In this document: piece by piece, positions 37,294 to 45,807 of the stretch
How the letters are laid out: each line of letters begins with the position of its first letter
Numbering within the stretch: the first letter of the stretch is position 1
Source: a virus
Taxonomy: Duplodnaviria > Caudoviricetes
Virus record (IMG/VR): IMGVR_UViG_3300030329_002480
Location: 1 to 54,502 of that record
Length of the DNA: 54,502 nt
Reading direction: 5' to 3' (one strand)
The notes under the pieces: generated by a model
Database searches by the model: none
The model's input: only the letters and a program-made list of their open reading frames with translations
Told to the model about the DNA's origin: nothing
Translations under genes and position numbers: made by a program

Positions 37294-39963
37294 TCAGTCC
37301 CGCCCACGAGGATTATCTATACTCTTTTCTTTCCCCCCAGCTTCCCCCTCCATGGTCCTGCGCGCTGCTTCTGCGGCAGCACCAGCTCCCACCAAAGGAG
37401 AGTATAGTTTTTGTGGCTTCTTAAGTCGCTCACGCAACTCATCTGTCAAAGGGTAGATGTAAGTTCTCATCCTGTCCCCACCCGTCATCGTCGGAAACTC
37501 CCCCCACTCTCGTTTCTTCGCTATTTTCTTAGCGTGACTTGCTACGATCTTATCGTAGAAATGGCGTGCCTTTTCCTCAGGAAAGTGTACATACTGAGTA
37601 ACCTGATATCCGGGAGCAATCGCAACACCGTCGTAGCCCTCGTCAGCGGCCATGCGGAAAAGACGTTTTAGGACCAGAGGCACCCACTCTTGGGTTTTCC
37701 GGTGAGACCCCGCAGCCGTATCGGGGCCCTCTTCTCTTAGTGTGTCCTGAAGAGCCGCAAGACTTAGCTTTTGATCTTCTACCCATTTTTTTTCTTGCGG
37801 CTTAGTGAGGCCGGATGGCATGGTCTCTCTGGATTTAATCAGCTCTTTAAGGCGGGCGATCTCCTTTTTTCGTTGTCGCATCCTCGCTAAGTTGGGTCGT
37901 TCATAGAAATCTTGTGGGCCTTGGTGCCAGTCTGATTGAATCTCATCGATAAATAGGATTCTTCGGCCCTTTTTATCTTTGCGGGTTGTAACTCTCGTGT
38001 GGGCCAAAACGTCCTCAAGAGGCCCGACGTTGTCTCGGTAATGCTCCCTCGGCCCTTCAAAGTGTGTGGCCCTTGCCCGTCCGCCCGGAGCGCGGATAAG
38101 AATCTCTCGGTAGTCTTCGCGTGGGCCCGGTGCGGTATGCACTTCATACGTCGGTCTTCTAACTCGATCGGACCCTATGTCTCTGCTGATCTTCCGTTCG
38201 AGGTTCATCATCTCCGCCATGCGGGGGCTTCTTGCAAGAGCCTCGACAGTATCGAGTGTCCGTATCCGGGTCTTTCTGTCGTTATGTGTTGTCGACTGCC
38301 TCAGTCGTCCCCGCCCAGAAAGACCTTGTAGTACGTCGTGGAAACGGAGTCTTAGCTGCGCTTGCGCGAGTGTGCGGAGAGTATCCTCCACTTGGGATGT
38401 GGTGAGACCTCGATTGAGCATAGCCTGAATCGAAAGACCTAGCGGGCTATGCATGTTGTCTGCGACGTGCCACAGCCAGTCCTCGTCCGACATCTCTTTG
38501 AGGGGCTTAGTGAAATCATACCCACTAATGTAGCCCTTGGCGTCGGCCTTGATCTCCTTCTCTCTGAGTTTCCTTGCCTTCCCTGTCAGAGGCCTAAAAC
38601 CAGTATCCTTAAACGGACTGACGGTCTTGGATCTGGCGTCTCTTAGTCGCCAATATCGAATCCCCGCTCTGGGATCTAACTGATACTTGGTCATTATGTG
38701 TCCCGCGAGGTCTCGCGCCGCATTTTCTGCCTCAATAACCTCAGGTTTCTCCAAGATAGCGTTCGCGTAGTCTTCTATTTCCTTGGTCCATTTTCTGGTA
38801 TCAACAACTTCTTTCAGCAAGTTTTCCGTTGTCTCAATGTCTTGGTGGATGTAGCCTCTATCTTTGTAGAAAGGGCGGAGCGCATGGTCATGATGTTGAC
38901 TCCCCTCTAGTCGCAAGGTGGTCCCGCGAGTCAGTATTTCGGCAAACTTTGGCCACTCGTACATGGGCTCGTCCGCAGAAATCAGCATCGTATTCAGTCC
39001 ACGGTCGAACTCCTTGGCTAAGGGCGCTACAACCTTATAATAAGGAGTTTCGTACACCGCTTTTGTCTCCCTTTCTGCGAGAGACGTTGCACGGTGGATA
39101 AGGTCAGCGTCTAGGTCTCGCTCTGCTGATTGCTGTAACAGCTCGTGTTGGAGCTTATTTCCTGCCTCCGTGTGGGCCGCTTTCAAAGGATGGTGAATGG
39201 CTCCGCCCTTCACAAACTCTTCTAATGGCTGACGCGCCTCACGAACGTGCTCTAAGATCTCATCTTTTGTGAGACTCTTCTTTCCCTGCTCTTTTGCTTC
39301 GCGGACCAAAGCATCAATCTGCGTGTCCCGCATCTCTCCGGCTTTCACTCCCTTACTAAGGAGTGCCTTCTCAACCGTATCCACAGCTAAAGGCTGCTTC
39401 ATCCCCTCAACAACTTCCTCAAGCTGTGAGTAGTACACAGGTGCATCTTCTGCTACTTCCTCAGCGCCTTCTTTCACGGCGCGGCCTATCAGCGGCGTTG
39501 CCGCAGCCTTTAGACCTGTCCCCAAAGCGGTGAGCCCCTTGCCTATGGCGGTGTCCGTTGCGGCTTCTGCGGCAAGTCGTCCTATGACGTTTCTGTTTTG
39601 GGGGTCAGGCAGTCCGGGTGCGGGAACCAACGCCGACCTAGCTAGGCCTTCGCGCGCTTTTTCCTCCATAGGAGGACGCTTAATCACCCCATACCGCTCC
39701 AACATCTCTTGGCGCTTAATCTCTTCGGGACTAAAGGGGGGGAACTGCCTTCGGGCTTGCTTCTCTCGTGCCTCTTGGCCCTCTGGACCCACAGCCAATG
39801 CTGCTGGGTCTTGATAAAAAAAAGACTCCGGGTCACGAGTAGACTTGATATACCGGTCAAACCTCTCCTTCTCCTCGGCATCTTCTTTGGCGATACGGTC
39901 TTGCCTATCTCGAAACGCCTTCATGACAAGTGCCGAGAGGTTGGTTGCGGTAGGAAGGGCCAT
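37294..39963 (-). CDS. Polyvalent-protein-type domain protein, 889 aa
   Basis: YYSQLE...KGVKAGEM, DYREILI, LAHTR, LFIDEIQSDWHQ, AADEGYDGVAI motifs, as seen in large phage polyvalent proteins. Confidence 0.7.
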   Translation of the reverse strand: MALPTATNLSALVMKAFRDRQDRIAKEDAEEKERFDRYIKSTRDPESFFYQDPAALAVGPEGQEAREKQARRQFPPFSPEEIKRQEMLERYGVIKRPPMEEKAREGLARSALVPAPGLPDPQNRNVIGRLAAEAATDTAIGKGLTALGTGLKAAATPLIGRAVKEGAEEVAEDAPVYYSQLEEVVEGMKQPLAVDTVEKALLSKGVKAGEMRDTQIDALVREAKEQGKKSLTKDEILEHVREARQPLEEFVKGGAIHHPLKAAHTEAGNKLQHELLQQSAERDLDADLIHRATSLAERETKAVYETPYYKVVAPLAKEFDRGLNTMLISADEPMYEWPKFAEILTRGTTLRLEGSQHHDHALRPFYKDRGYIHQDIETTENLLKEVVDTRKWTKEIEDYANAILEKPEVIEAENAARDLAGHIMTKYQLDPRAGIRYWRLRDARSKTVSPFKDTGFRPLTGKARKLREKEIKADAKGYISGYDFTKPLKEMSDEDWLWHVADNMHSPLGLSIQAMLNRGLTTSQVEDTLRTLAQAQLRLRFHDVLQGLSGRGRLRQSTTHNDRKTRIRTLDTVEALARSPRMAEMMNLERKISRDIGSDRVRRPTYEVHTAPGPREDYREILIRAPGGRARATHFEGPREHYRDNVGPLEDVLAHTRVTTRKDKKGRRILFIDEIQSDWHQGPQDFYERPNLARMRQRKKEIARLKELIKSRETMPSGLTKPQEKKWVEDQKLSLAALQDTLREEGPDTAAGSHRKTQEWVPLVLKRLFRMAADEGYDGVAIAPGYQVTQYVHFPEEKARHFYDKIVASHAKKIAKKREWGEFPTMTGGDRMRTYIYPLTDELRERLKKPQKLYSPLVGAGAAAEAARRTMEGEAGGKEKSIDNPRGRD

Positions 39964-40334
39964 TAGTCGTCCGTGTCAGCAGCCAAAGGAGCTTGGGAGT
40001 ATGTCGTGGGGAGCTCAGGAGTCGCCTTCTTTGCTGCCCGGTTGCGGAGGTCGCGAAGCACGTCCCGGTTAGGGGAAGGCTCCTCATCAATCTCTTCATC
40101 CGCAAACAGTGTCTCCACAGGAGGGGGCTCTTCCTCTGGTTCATTCTGCATGTCAACCAGAACTTGCCCTTCTTCGGGTGAGAGTCCCTCGGCATAATCG
40201 CTAAGGGCGTTGTTATACTCTGTCTCCGGGGGAGGCCCAAGCTTCGCCCTCAGTGCGTTCATAAACTCTTCGTTGTCCAACGCACGAAGGAAATCACGAA
40301 TCGTGCCCTCGTCCTTATTTGGGTTGTCCGCCAT
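39963..40334 (-). CDS. Acidic protein, 123 aa
   Basis: Glu/Pro-rich with a basic helix near the C-terminus. Confidence 0.7.
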   Translation of the reverse strand: MADNPNKDEGTIRDFLRALDNEEFMNALRAKLGPPPETEYNNALSDYAEGLSPEEGQVLVDMQNEPEEEPPPVETLFADEEIDEEPSPNRDVLRDLRNRAAKKATPELPTTYSQAPLAADTDD

Positions 40335-40761
40335 TTTTCGCCTCCACCATTACAGGTTCGCGTTTTTCTAGTAACTCGTTTGCATCAAAGTAGTCACCAC
40401 GAAGTTGCTTCGTCTCTCGTTTGACCTGTACAAGCGCAGTCACGATGTCTGTATACGCATCTTGCGGGTTACCCTCAACAGAGTTTTTAGTAGCCATAAT
40501 CGTGAAGTTTAGCTCATGCCATGCTCGCAGTTCTTGTGCGATCACCGGGGTAATGCGTCCTTCGACAAGCGCCGCCATGATCTTACAACTAAACCCGACG
40601 AGGTCGTCGTAGTCCTTAATCGGGTGCTCCTCGACAAACTTGGCAATCTCTTGGCGCTTGTCCTTAGGGACGAGCATCAACCAAGATGAGTAGTCGGCTC
40701 CCGGTGAGGGAGCAGCGCGCGAGGCGCGAGGGTTACTGTTCGATCTGCTTCTTCGTGACAT
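40315..40761 (-). CDS. Hypothetical protein, possible terminase small subunit
   Basis: 148 aa helical protein at the head of the packaging block. Function is inferred from size and position only. Confidence 0.4.
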   Translation of the reverse strand: MSRRSRSNSNPRASRAAPSPGADYSSWLMLVPKDKRQEIAKFVEEHPIKDYDDLVGFSCKIMAALVEGRITPVIAQELRAWHELNFTIMATKNSVEGNPQDAYTDIVTALVQVKRETKQLRGDYFDANELLEKREPVMVEAKNGGQPK

Positions 40762-41521
40762 GAGGTTCCTCGGTGCGATAAAGTCTACAGCCCTTTGTAA
40801 GTCTCATACGCTTTGGAGAGCCATAAATCAAGTAAGAAAGGTAAGGTGGTGAGCCAGTGAGCCGCTTTGCAAGGTCGGCATCCGCGTAAAAAGGGTTGGA
40901 CTGAAGTGCTGCCAGAAACCGCATGCGCTTCCTCATAGGTACGTCCGTGAGAAACGGAGGATAAACACAGCGTCGGAAATCGGTCCCAGAGGCCCAGAGA
41001 ATATATTCTGGGATGTCCTGTAGGCCTTCGATGCCCAAGTACATAGTTCGGAGAATCGAGCTCTCTGGGAGCCTGTAGCCTTCTGCTATCTGAGGCACGG
41101 TCAGCCCCATGCAGTACAGCAACACCATAAGGAACGCACACATCTGCCGGTCGTTGCGAGCGTAACGGCTTGACATATCGACGTTTGCAATGTCGTGAGG
41201 TGTAGGGATGAGCCGATACTTAAAGGCGGGATAGATTTCTCTAGGCCACTCTGTAGGGGACCGTAAGCAGGCCTCAGACCTTGCCCAGTTGTTAAGCAAA
41301 GGGGTTTTTCTCACCCAATCATAGACACCTGAGTTTGGTCCTGAGGTGGTCTCGAACGTCCACGAGAAGCTTTTCTTGCGGATGTACATGATTGTCGAAA
41401 GGAACGGGTTCCACGATTTGGTTGTCGTCAAATATGGGGTGTAGAGCGTCCTAAGAGCCAGCACATGCGGGCTCTTATTCCGGTCCTTTACCCTAGGTAG
41501 CCTCTGCGTGGGTTCACGCAT
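40733..41521 (-). CDS. Putative transcription regulator with sigma-region-4-like HTH
   Basis: LLYCMGLTVPQIAEGYRLPESSILR HTH pattern. Start overlaps the primase stop. Confidence 0.55.
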   Translation of the reverse strand: MREPTQRLPRVKDRNKSPHVLALRTLYTPYLTTTKSWNPFLSTIMYIRKKSFSWTFETTSGPNSGVYDWVRKTPLLNNWARSEACLRSPTEWPREIYPAFKYRLIPTPHDIANVDMSSRYARNDRQMCAFLMVLLYCMGLTVPQIAEGYRLPESSILRTMYLGIEGLQDIPEYILWASGTDFRRCVYPPFLTDVPMRKRMRFLAALQSNPFYADADLAKRLTGSPPYLSYLIYGSPKRMRLTKGCRLYRTEEPHVTKKQIEQ

Positions 41522-43991
41522 CCGCAATCCTTAGACTCATAAATCCGGGCTTCTGGGCCCGCTCAACGCGAAGTCCGATACCCACCCATGCGCGGATAAC
41601 CTTGCCCCCGACACGTACAGAGCGTGTCTCGAAGTCCCGCTCCTTCAACTGACGGTTGAATAGCCGGTAGTTCTGTGGCTTTTGGCGCAGGTCTTCGCAC
41701 CAATCCGCGTAAGCAAGGTAGATATCCTTCTGTGATACAGAGTGTTGGGGGCCAATCAGGCAATGTTCGCCCATAAACTCGGCCAACACGTCCATCTCTT
41801 CCCGATACTCGTCCGTTGCTAGCGTCACCACCGCAGGTGGGCGCAGACCGTCACGCTGCCACTCCAAGCAACCCTCGACTAGGCGACGAAGAATGCCGGG
41901 AGCCTCCTCTTTTAGCTTATCAAGAAAGAATGGGTCTTTCTTATCGGCGGGAATACGGCGGTTCCACGGGATACGCATGACTCGCCGCCAGATACCTTCG
42001 TCGTTACCCTTGATGATAGGACGATGGTTGGCTGCGATGCAGAGTTTGTGCGTTGGCATGAACTCATAGAAGTCCTGACGCATCTTCCGGGCACGAATGG
42101 GGTCACTACCGGTGAGCTGCTTGATAAGCGACTCAGCAAACGGCTTGCCTTTCTCGACCTCGGCGTTTGCCACGAACCTCGCACCCTGCAAGTCGGCCAC
42201 CTCGGTAGGATGCGACTCATTCTTGCGAGCAAGCAGCAATCCGGGTGCTCCTTGGATAGCGTAGTCACCTAGGACATGCATGATCATGAGAAGCGCGGTG
42301 GTCTTACCATTGCTGCCGGTTCCCTCCATGAAGAGCAGCACTTGTTCTGTGACCAAACCGGTAAGGCAATAGCCAAAATAGCGGTGGATGAATGAGATCA
42401 CCTCCTCGTCCCCATGCATAGCAAAATCAAGAAAACTGTCCCATGTCGGGCATTTAGCAGTTGGATCGTAGACAATCGGGCTGTGCTTCGTCATGTAATC
42501 TGTACGATCGTGTCCTTGGAGCTGACCTGTCCGAAGGTTGATAGTGCCGTTTGCAACATTCAAAAGCCAAGGGTCTGCATCCATCCTGTCAGCCTTGATG
42601 GCAACCTCTGCCTCGGTGGACGCCAAGCTAATCATAGAGTTAATAGCTCGTGAGCTTTCACTACGGAGGGCATGTCGGCGCAGAGCACTGCGCTGTTTTT
42701 TATTCGCAGATGCGGCAGCTTCATCGAAGATAGAGGCAACTACCATTTTCGCTTTGCGATGGACCCCACCATCTAGATCTCTCTCCCAATGGGAGTCAGT
42801 GTACGTGTACCAAGACCCATGCGTTGGGCAATAAAGGAGTTCATTTTGAAAAAGTCTTATCAACCGCTTCGCGTTCCCCAAGTCCGTCAAGTTAGGCGAA
42901 TCCGCCGTAGACGCGGCCAAGGGCTGACGGCTAGAGCTTGGATTAAATGGATCGTCCGCGAGCTCTTGGAGCTTCTGCCATCCGATGTGCTTCCCATCCT
43001 CGTCCTTCTGCTTCCCTTCGCAGTTCTCGTGGAGGCATCCCGCTGCAATCCCGCCATCGTTGAACTGGAGGATATACGCACTCCTGTCCGTGTGTTCTGA
43101 GTTCCACGGACAAATATCAAATACCCAGCGGCGTCCTTTGCCTTGCCATGGTATAGGGTCGCCCAGATCTGGGAAGTTCTTTTTGATCCACTTCTCAAGA
43201 TCGTCGAAGACGTCTGAGGCGAGAGAAATAAGTTTTTTCTTGTCCTCCTCTTCCTCCTTAGAACCATCCGATATGATGCCCGTAAGCTGCTGCATTGAAA
43301 CGGGTACCAGATCTTCAGGCACCTTGAGGAGCTTGGCTGGCCTCCACGGCCTTTCTTTCCCCCCGTGTCCCTTTCTTGGCAAAGTACCGTACACCTTCCA
43401 GATGCGGGACGGGTTGAATACGAGGCGGTCTACCTCTGCTCCGTCGGTGCTGAACTTATCAGACAATGCTTCGAGGCAAAGGCGGATTGTCGTAGGGTCA
43501 GCCTCCTCAACTCGGTACATCATGTGGTAGCCGTTACCTGAATCACCGAAGATGGGGTCAGGCCAGCCTTGTTCCTTCAGATGGTCGTACACTGCGTCAC
43601 ATACGTTCTTGGCTTCCACCTTTTCCAGCGCAGTTGCCGACTTACCGGAGGGGCGCTTGGGATCAATGTCCACGAGCAGCCACCGAATCTCCTCGATGTC
43701 CTTGTCCTTAGTAGATTTACCTCTAGCACCCAGCGTTAGCGTGTGCAGATGGGGAGTTGCCTTCCCCGGACGCACGGGATTGGGGGTAAAGTAGACACCC
43801 TTGGCCCCTTGGTCCGATAATGTGGCCGCAGCCTCAGCTAAGATGCGGACATCGTTAAAGAATCCGCTATATGTGCGACGAATCCCGTCTTGGCCCGGAA
43901 CACTCAGGGCTCGAAGCTCTACATACTGACCTTCCTCCAAGATTTGCCGGAATGCCTTCTCAATCTCCTCGATACAGGCTTTGCTTGCCAT
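41514..43991 (-). CDS. Primase-helicase (AEP-like primase plus D5/P4-family SF3 helicase)
   Basis: LLVDIDP, SGNGYH, CPW...H Zn motif, TDLGNA, GTGSNGKTT, IKQLTGSD, GIWRR. Confidence 0.92.
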   Translation of the reverse strand: MASKACIEEIEKAFRQILEEGQYVELRALSVPGQDGIRRTYSGFFNDVRILAEAAATLSDQGAKGVYFTPNPVRPGKATPHLHTLTLGARGKSTKDKDIEEIRWLLVDIDPKRPSGKSATALEKVEAKNVCDAVYDHLKEQGWPDPIFGDSGNGYHMMYRVEEADPTTIRLCLEALSDKFSTDGAEVDRLVFNPSRIWKVYGTLPRKGHGGKERPWRPAKLLKVPEDLVPVSMQQLTGIISDGSKEEEEDKKKLISLASDVFDDLEKWIKKNFPDLGDPIPWQGKGRRWVFDICPWNSEHTDRSAYILQFNDGGIAAGCLHENCEGKQKDEDGKHIGWQKLQELADDPFNPSSSRQPLAASTADSPNLTDLGNAKRLIRLFQNELLYCPTHGSWYTYTDSHWERDLDGGVHRKAKMVVASIFDEAAASANKKQRSALRRHALRSESSRAINSMISLASTEAEVAIKADRMDADPWLLNVANGTINLRTGQLQGHDRTDYMTKHSPIVYDPTAKCPTWDSFLDFAMHGDEEVISFIHRYFGYCLTGLVTEQVLLFMEGTGSNGKTTALLMIMHVLGDYAIQGAPGLLLARKNESHPTEVADLQGARFVANAEVEKGKPFAESLIKQLTGSDPIRARKMRQDFYEFMPTHKLCIAANHRPIIKGNDEGIWRRVMRIPWNRRIPADKKDPFFLDKLKEEAPGILRRLVEGCLEWQRDGLRPPAVVTLATDEYREEMDVLAEFMGEHCLIGPQHSVSQKDIYLAYADWCEDLRQKPQNYRLFNRQLKERDFETRSVRVGGKVIRAWVGIGLRVERAQKPGFMSLRIADA

Positions 43992-44000
43992 AGTTCCCTC

Positions 44001-44225
44001 CTAGTTAAATAGATCTAGTTGAAGATGTGACTCGTCATGCGGATCGAACACGTCATCTCCACGCAGAAGCTGTTCTAACGCATACGGAGGGATACGCATA
44101 ACACCTCCAATACGGTAGGCGCGGAGCTCACCGCGCTTTATCATACGTTGAACCGTCCTTTTGCTCACATTCAGAAATCTCGCGACGTCTGTAATCGTGT
44201 GCATATGCCCTTCTAGTGTTCCCAT
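44001..44225 (-). CDS. Excisionase/MerR-like HTH DNA-binding protein
   Basis: TITDVARFLNVSKRTVQRMIKRGELRAYRIGGVMRIP. Confidence 0.88.
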   Translation of the reverse strand: MGTLEGHMHTITDVARFLNVSKRTVQRMIKRGELRAYRIGGVMRIPPYALEQLLRGDDVFDPHDESHLQLDLFN

Positions 44226-44244
44226 ATTCCCTCCTTCGCGACAG

Positions 44245-44272
44245 ATGGTAACAAACGAGACAGGATATGCAA
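44245..44272 (-). promoter_or_regulatory. Sigma70-like promoter for the HTH-primase operon
   Basis: TTGCAT-N16-TACCAT with an extended TG, upstream of a GAAGGAGG RBS. Confidence 0.55.
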
Positions 44273-44294
44273 GCCCCGGTATGTCGGGGTGCCG

Positions 44295-44584
44295 TGTAAC
44301 AGAAGGTGTAACAAACGTAACTGAAGTTTGTTACAGCCATAACGTAGGTTGGAAGGGGCATACCCCAAAGTGTAACAGTGTAACAAGTTTTTCAGTATAA
44401 CGGCGGAACAGAAAAACGGGGGAGTTTCGTGTTTTTACGAAACTAGAGAATGTGTATATAGAGGTTACTTGATACCTTGTTACATTGTTACACTGTTACA
44501 CACTAACGATATTAATGGTTCCCCCTGCCTTTTCGAGAAGGCCCCCTGTAACAAACTGAAAATGGACTTGTTACATCTGTTACA
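44295..44584. repeat. Iteron array, probable replication origin
   Basis: TGTAACA at 44295, 44307, 44371, 44379, 44547. TGTTACA at 44329, 44478, 44486, 44494, 44569, 44578. Central hairpin at 44423-44444. Next to the primase-helicase gene. Confidence 0.8.
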
Positions 44585-44827
44585 CCAGCTTCTAACGGCA
44601 CTATCAGCAAGGGCTGGCCCTTTCGCGCAGCGTTTCCCCCACCAATCTTGACCAAACTGGATAAGTTAGTGGCTTGATTTTTCTAAAAACTCTGAGTTCA
44701 TTTTCGCGAACTTAATGAAACAGGCCTCCAAAAAGCCTTAAAGGGGGGCAAAAATGCCTATCATGTTGAGGGCACATACCGCCGGAGGCGAGCCGCCCGC
44801 ATTTCCGGGGCTGCCTCATGCGCGCAC

Positions 44828-44859
44828 AAAAAAACCTCCGAGCCTTTCGACCCGGAGGT
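44828..44859 (-). terminator. Rho-independent terminator
   Basis: Minus strand ACCTCCGGGTC-GAAA-GGCTCGGAGG followed by T7. Confidence 0.85.
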
Positions 44860-44880
44860 AGACCCGCCAGCAGCGCGGTT

Positions 44881-45075
44881 CTATGCTGTTTCGCGCCTGC
44901 GCACGCTTCGAAGAGTGGTGGCCGCTCCATCAAGCACCCGCTCGATGGCCTGGAGCTCTCCTGGTGTGATTGACCCGTCGTGGTCCGGGTTCAGGCGCTC
45001 GGCCATAATCGCCTGATGCGCGCGCTCGCATAAGTCAATCACGGCGCCGATTTTTAACAACGAAACTTCATCCAT
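44881..45075 (-). CDS. Hypothetical protein, 64 aa, with EF-hand-like loop
   Basis: ATG at 45075 after GGAGGG, loop NPDHDGSITPGE, with its own promoter box and terminator. Confidence 0.65.
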   Translation of the reverse strand: MDEVSLLKIGAVIDLCERAHQAIMAERLNPDHDGSITPGELQAIERVLDGAATTLRSVRRRETA

Positions 45076-45093
45076 TTTCCCTCCAGTGTAAGC

Positions 45094-45109
45094 CCCCAAG
45101 CGGTAGGGG
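45094..45109. promoter_or_regulatory. CCCC-N8-GGGG box
   Basis: CCCCAAGCGGTAGGGG just upstream of a TACACT -10 on the minus strand. Confidence 0.6.
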
Positions 45110-45171
45110 TAAGACCATGTAACACGCGCGAGCCCGCGTGCAACAAAGAAAAAAAAGAGCTCACGCGCGAC

Positions 45172-45213
45172 AAAAAAAAGCGCGGCCCCGACCTATCATG
45201 TGGTGGGGGCCGC
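45172..45213 (-). terminator. Rho-independent terminator
   Basis: Minus-strand stem GCGGCCCCCACC / GGTCGGGGCCGC followed by T8. Confidence 0.75.
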
Positions 45214-45217
45214 TGGC

Positions 45218-45247
45218 TATCGCGTCGTTATCGCGTAGCTATCGCGT
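45218..45247. repeat. TATCGCGT x3, 11-bp period
   Basis: Copies at 45218, 45229 and 45240. Confidence 0.8.
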
Positions 45248-45294
45248 GAGGAGATGGGCGGCTATGGCGATACAGACCCATAGCGCCATAACCT

Positions 45295-45807
45295 CTAACA
45301 CGACACGATGTCGGAATACTCCAGAACGGTTGGAGTCGCGGTCCTGTGGTGGGGAACGACCATCGCGCGCCCGGTTGGAGTCGAGCCACGATAGAACCCG
45401 TTCACGGTCTCGCCGGTCATCGGGTCCACGTACGACGCTCGGACCTGTTCTTTGCCTGACTCCTCCAAGCGCGCCAGCATGTACACGGCGCGCGCTTCCG
45501 AGCTCTCGGGAAAAGGGGTTTCTTCCTTCTCCGGCGGAAGACAAATGGTCTCACCAGTCGAGTGTTCGTGAGCAAACTTGATGATGTATGACCACGCGGC
45601 CGGCTCGTAGTTCTCCACCATCTGGGACACGGTCAACGCATTGCGTGCGCCCTTCATCGCGACGAAACGCCACGCGTTTCCCTTCTTGGTTTTGACTTCC
45701 TTTCCGACGATAGACGGGACCTCCGTACACTCATCGATCACGGTATTATCCGTGCTTTTCTTGCCCTTGGGATGGAACACAGGAGACGTCTTCTTTTCTT
45801 TGAACAT
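45295..45807 (-). CDS. Hypothetical early protein, 170 aa
   Basis: AGGA RBS, with its own promoter cassette and terminator. Confidence 0.7.
   Translation of the reverse strand: MFKEKKTSPVFHPKGKKSTDNTVIDECTEVPSIVGKEVKTKKGNAWRFVAMKGARNALTVSQMVENYEPAAWSYIIKFAHEHSTGETICLPPEKEETPFPESSEARAVYMLARLEESGKEQVRASYVDPMTGETVNGFYRGSTPTGRAMVVPHHRTATPTVLEYSDIVSC

Noticed and set aside
44001-44225. Prophage excision module
   Set aside because: No integrase, att site or host flank found.
44295-44584. Mini CRISPR array
   Set aside because: The repeats are 7 bp, in both orientations and irregularly spaced, which fits iterons.
44590-45300. tRNA or known structured RNA gene
   Set aside because: No cloverleaf or T-loop consensus seen. 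The hairpins are explained as terminators.
45138-45581. 147-aa + strand ORF and other short overlapping ORFs in the track
   Set aside because: They cross terminators and repeats or lie antisense to better-supported genes, and they lack RBS and motifs.
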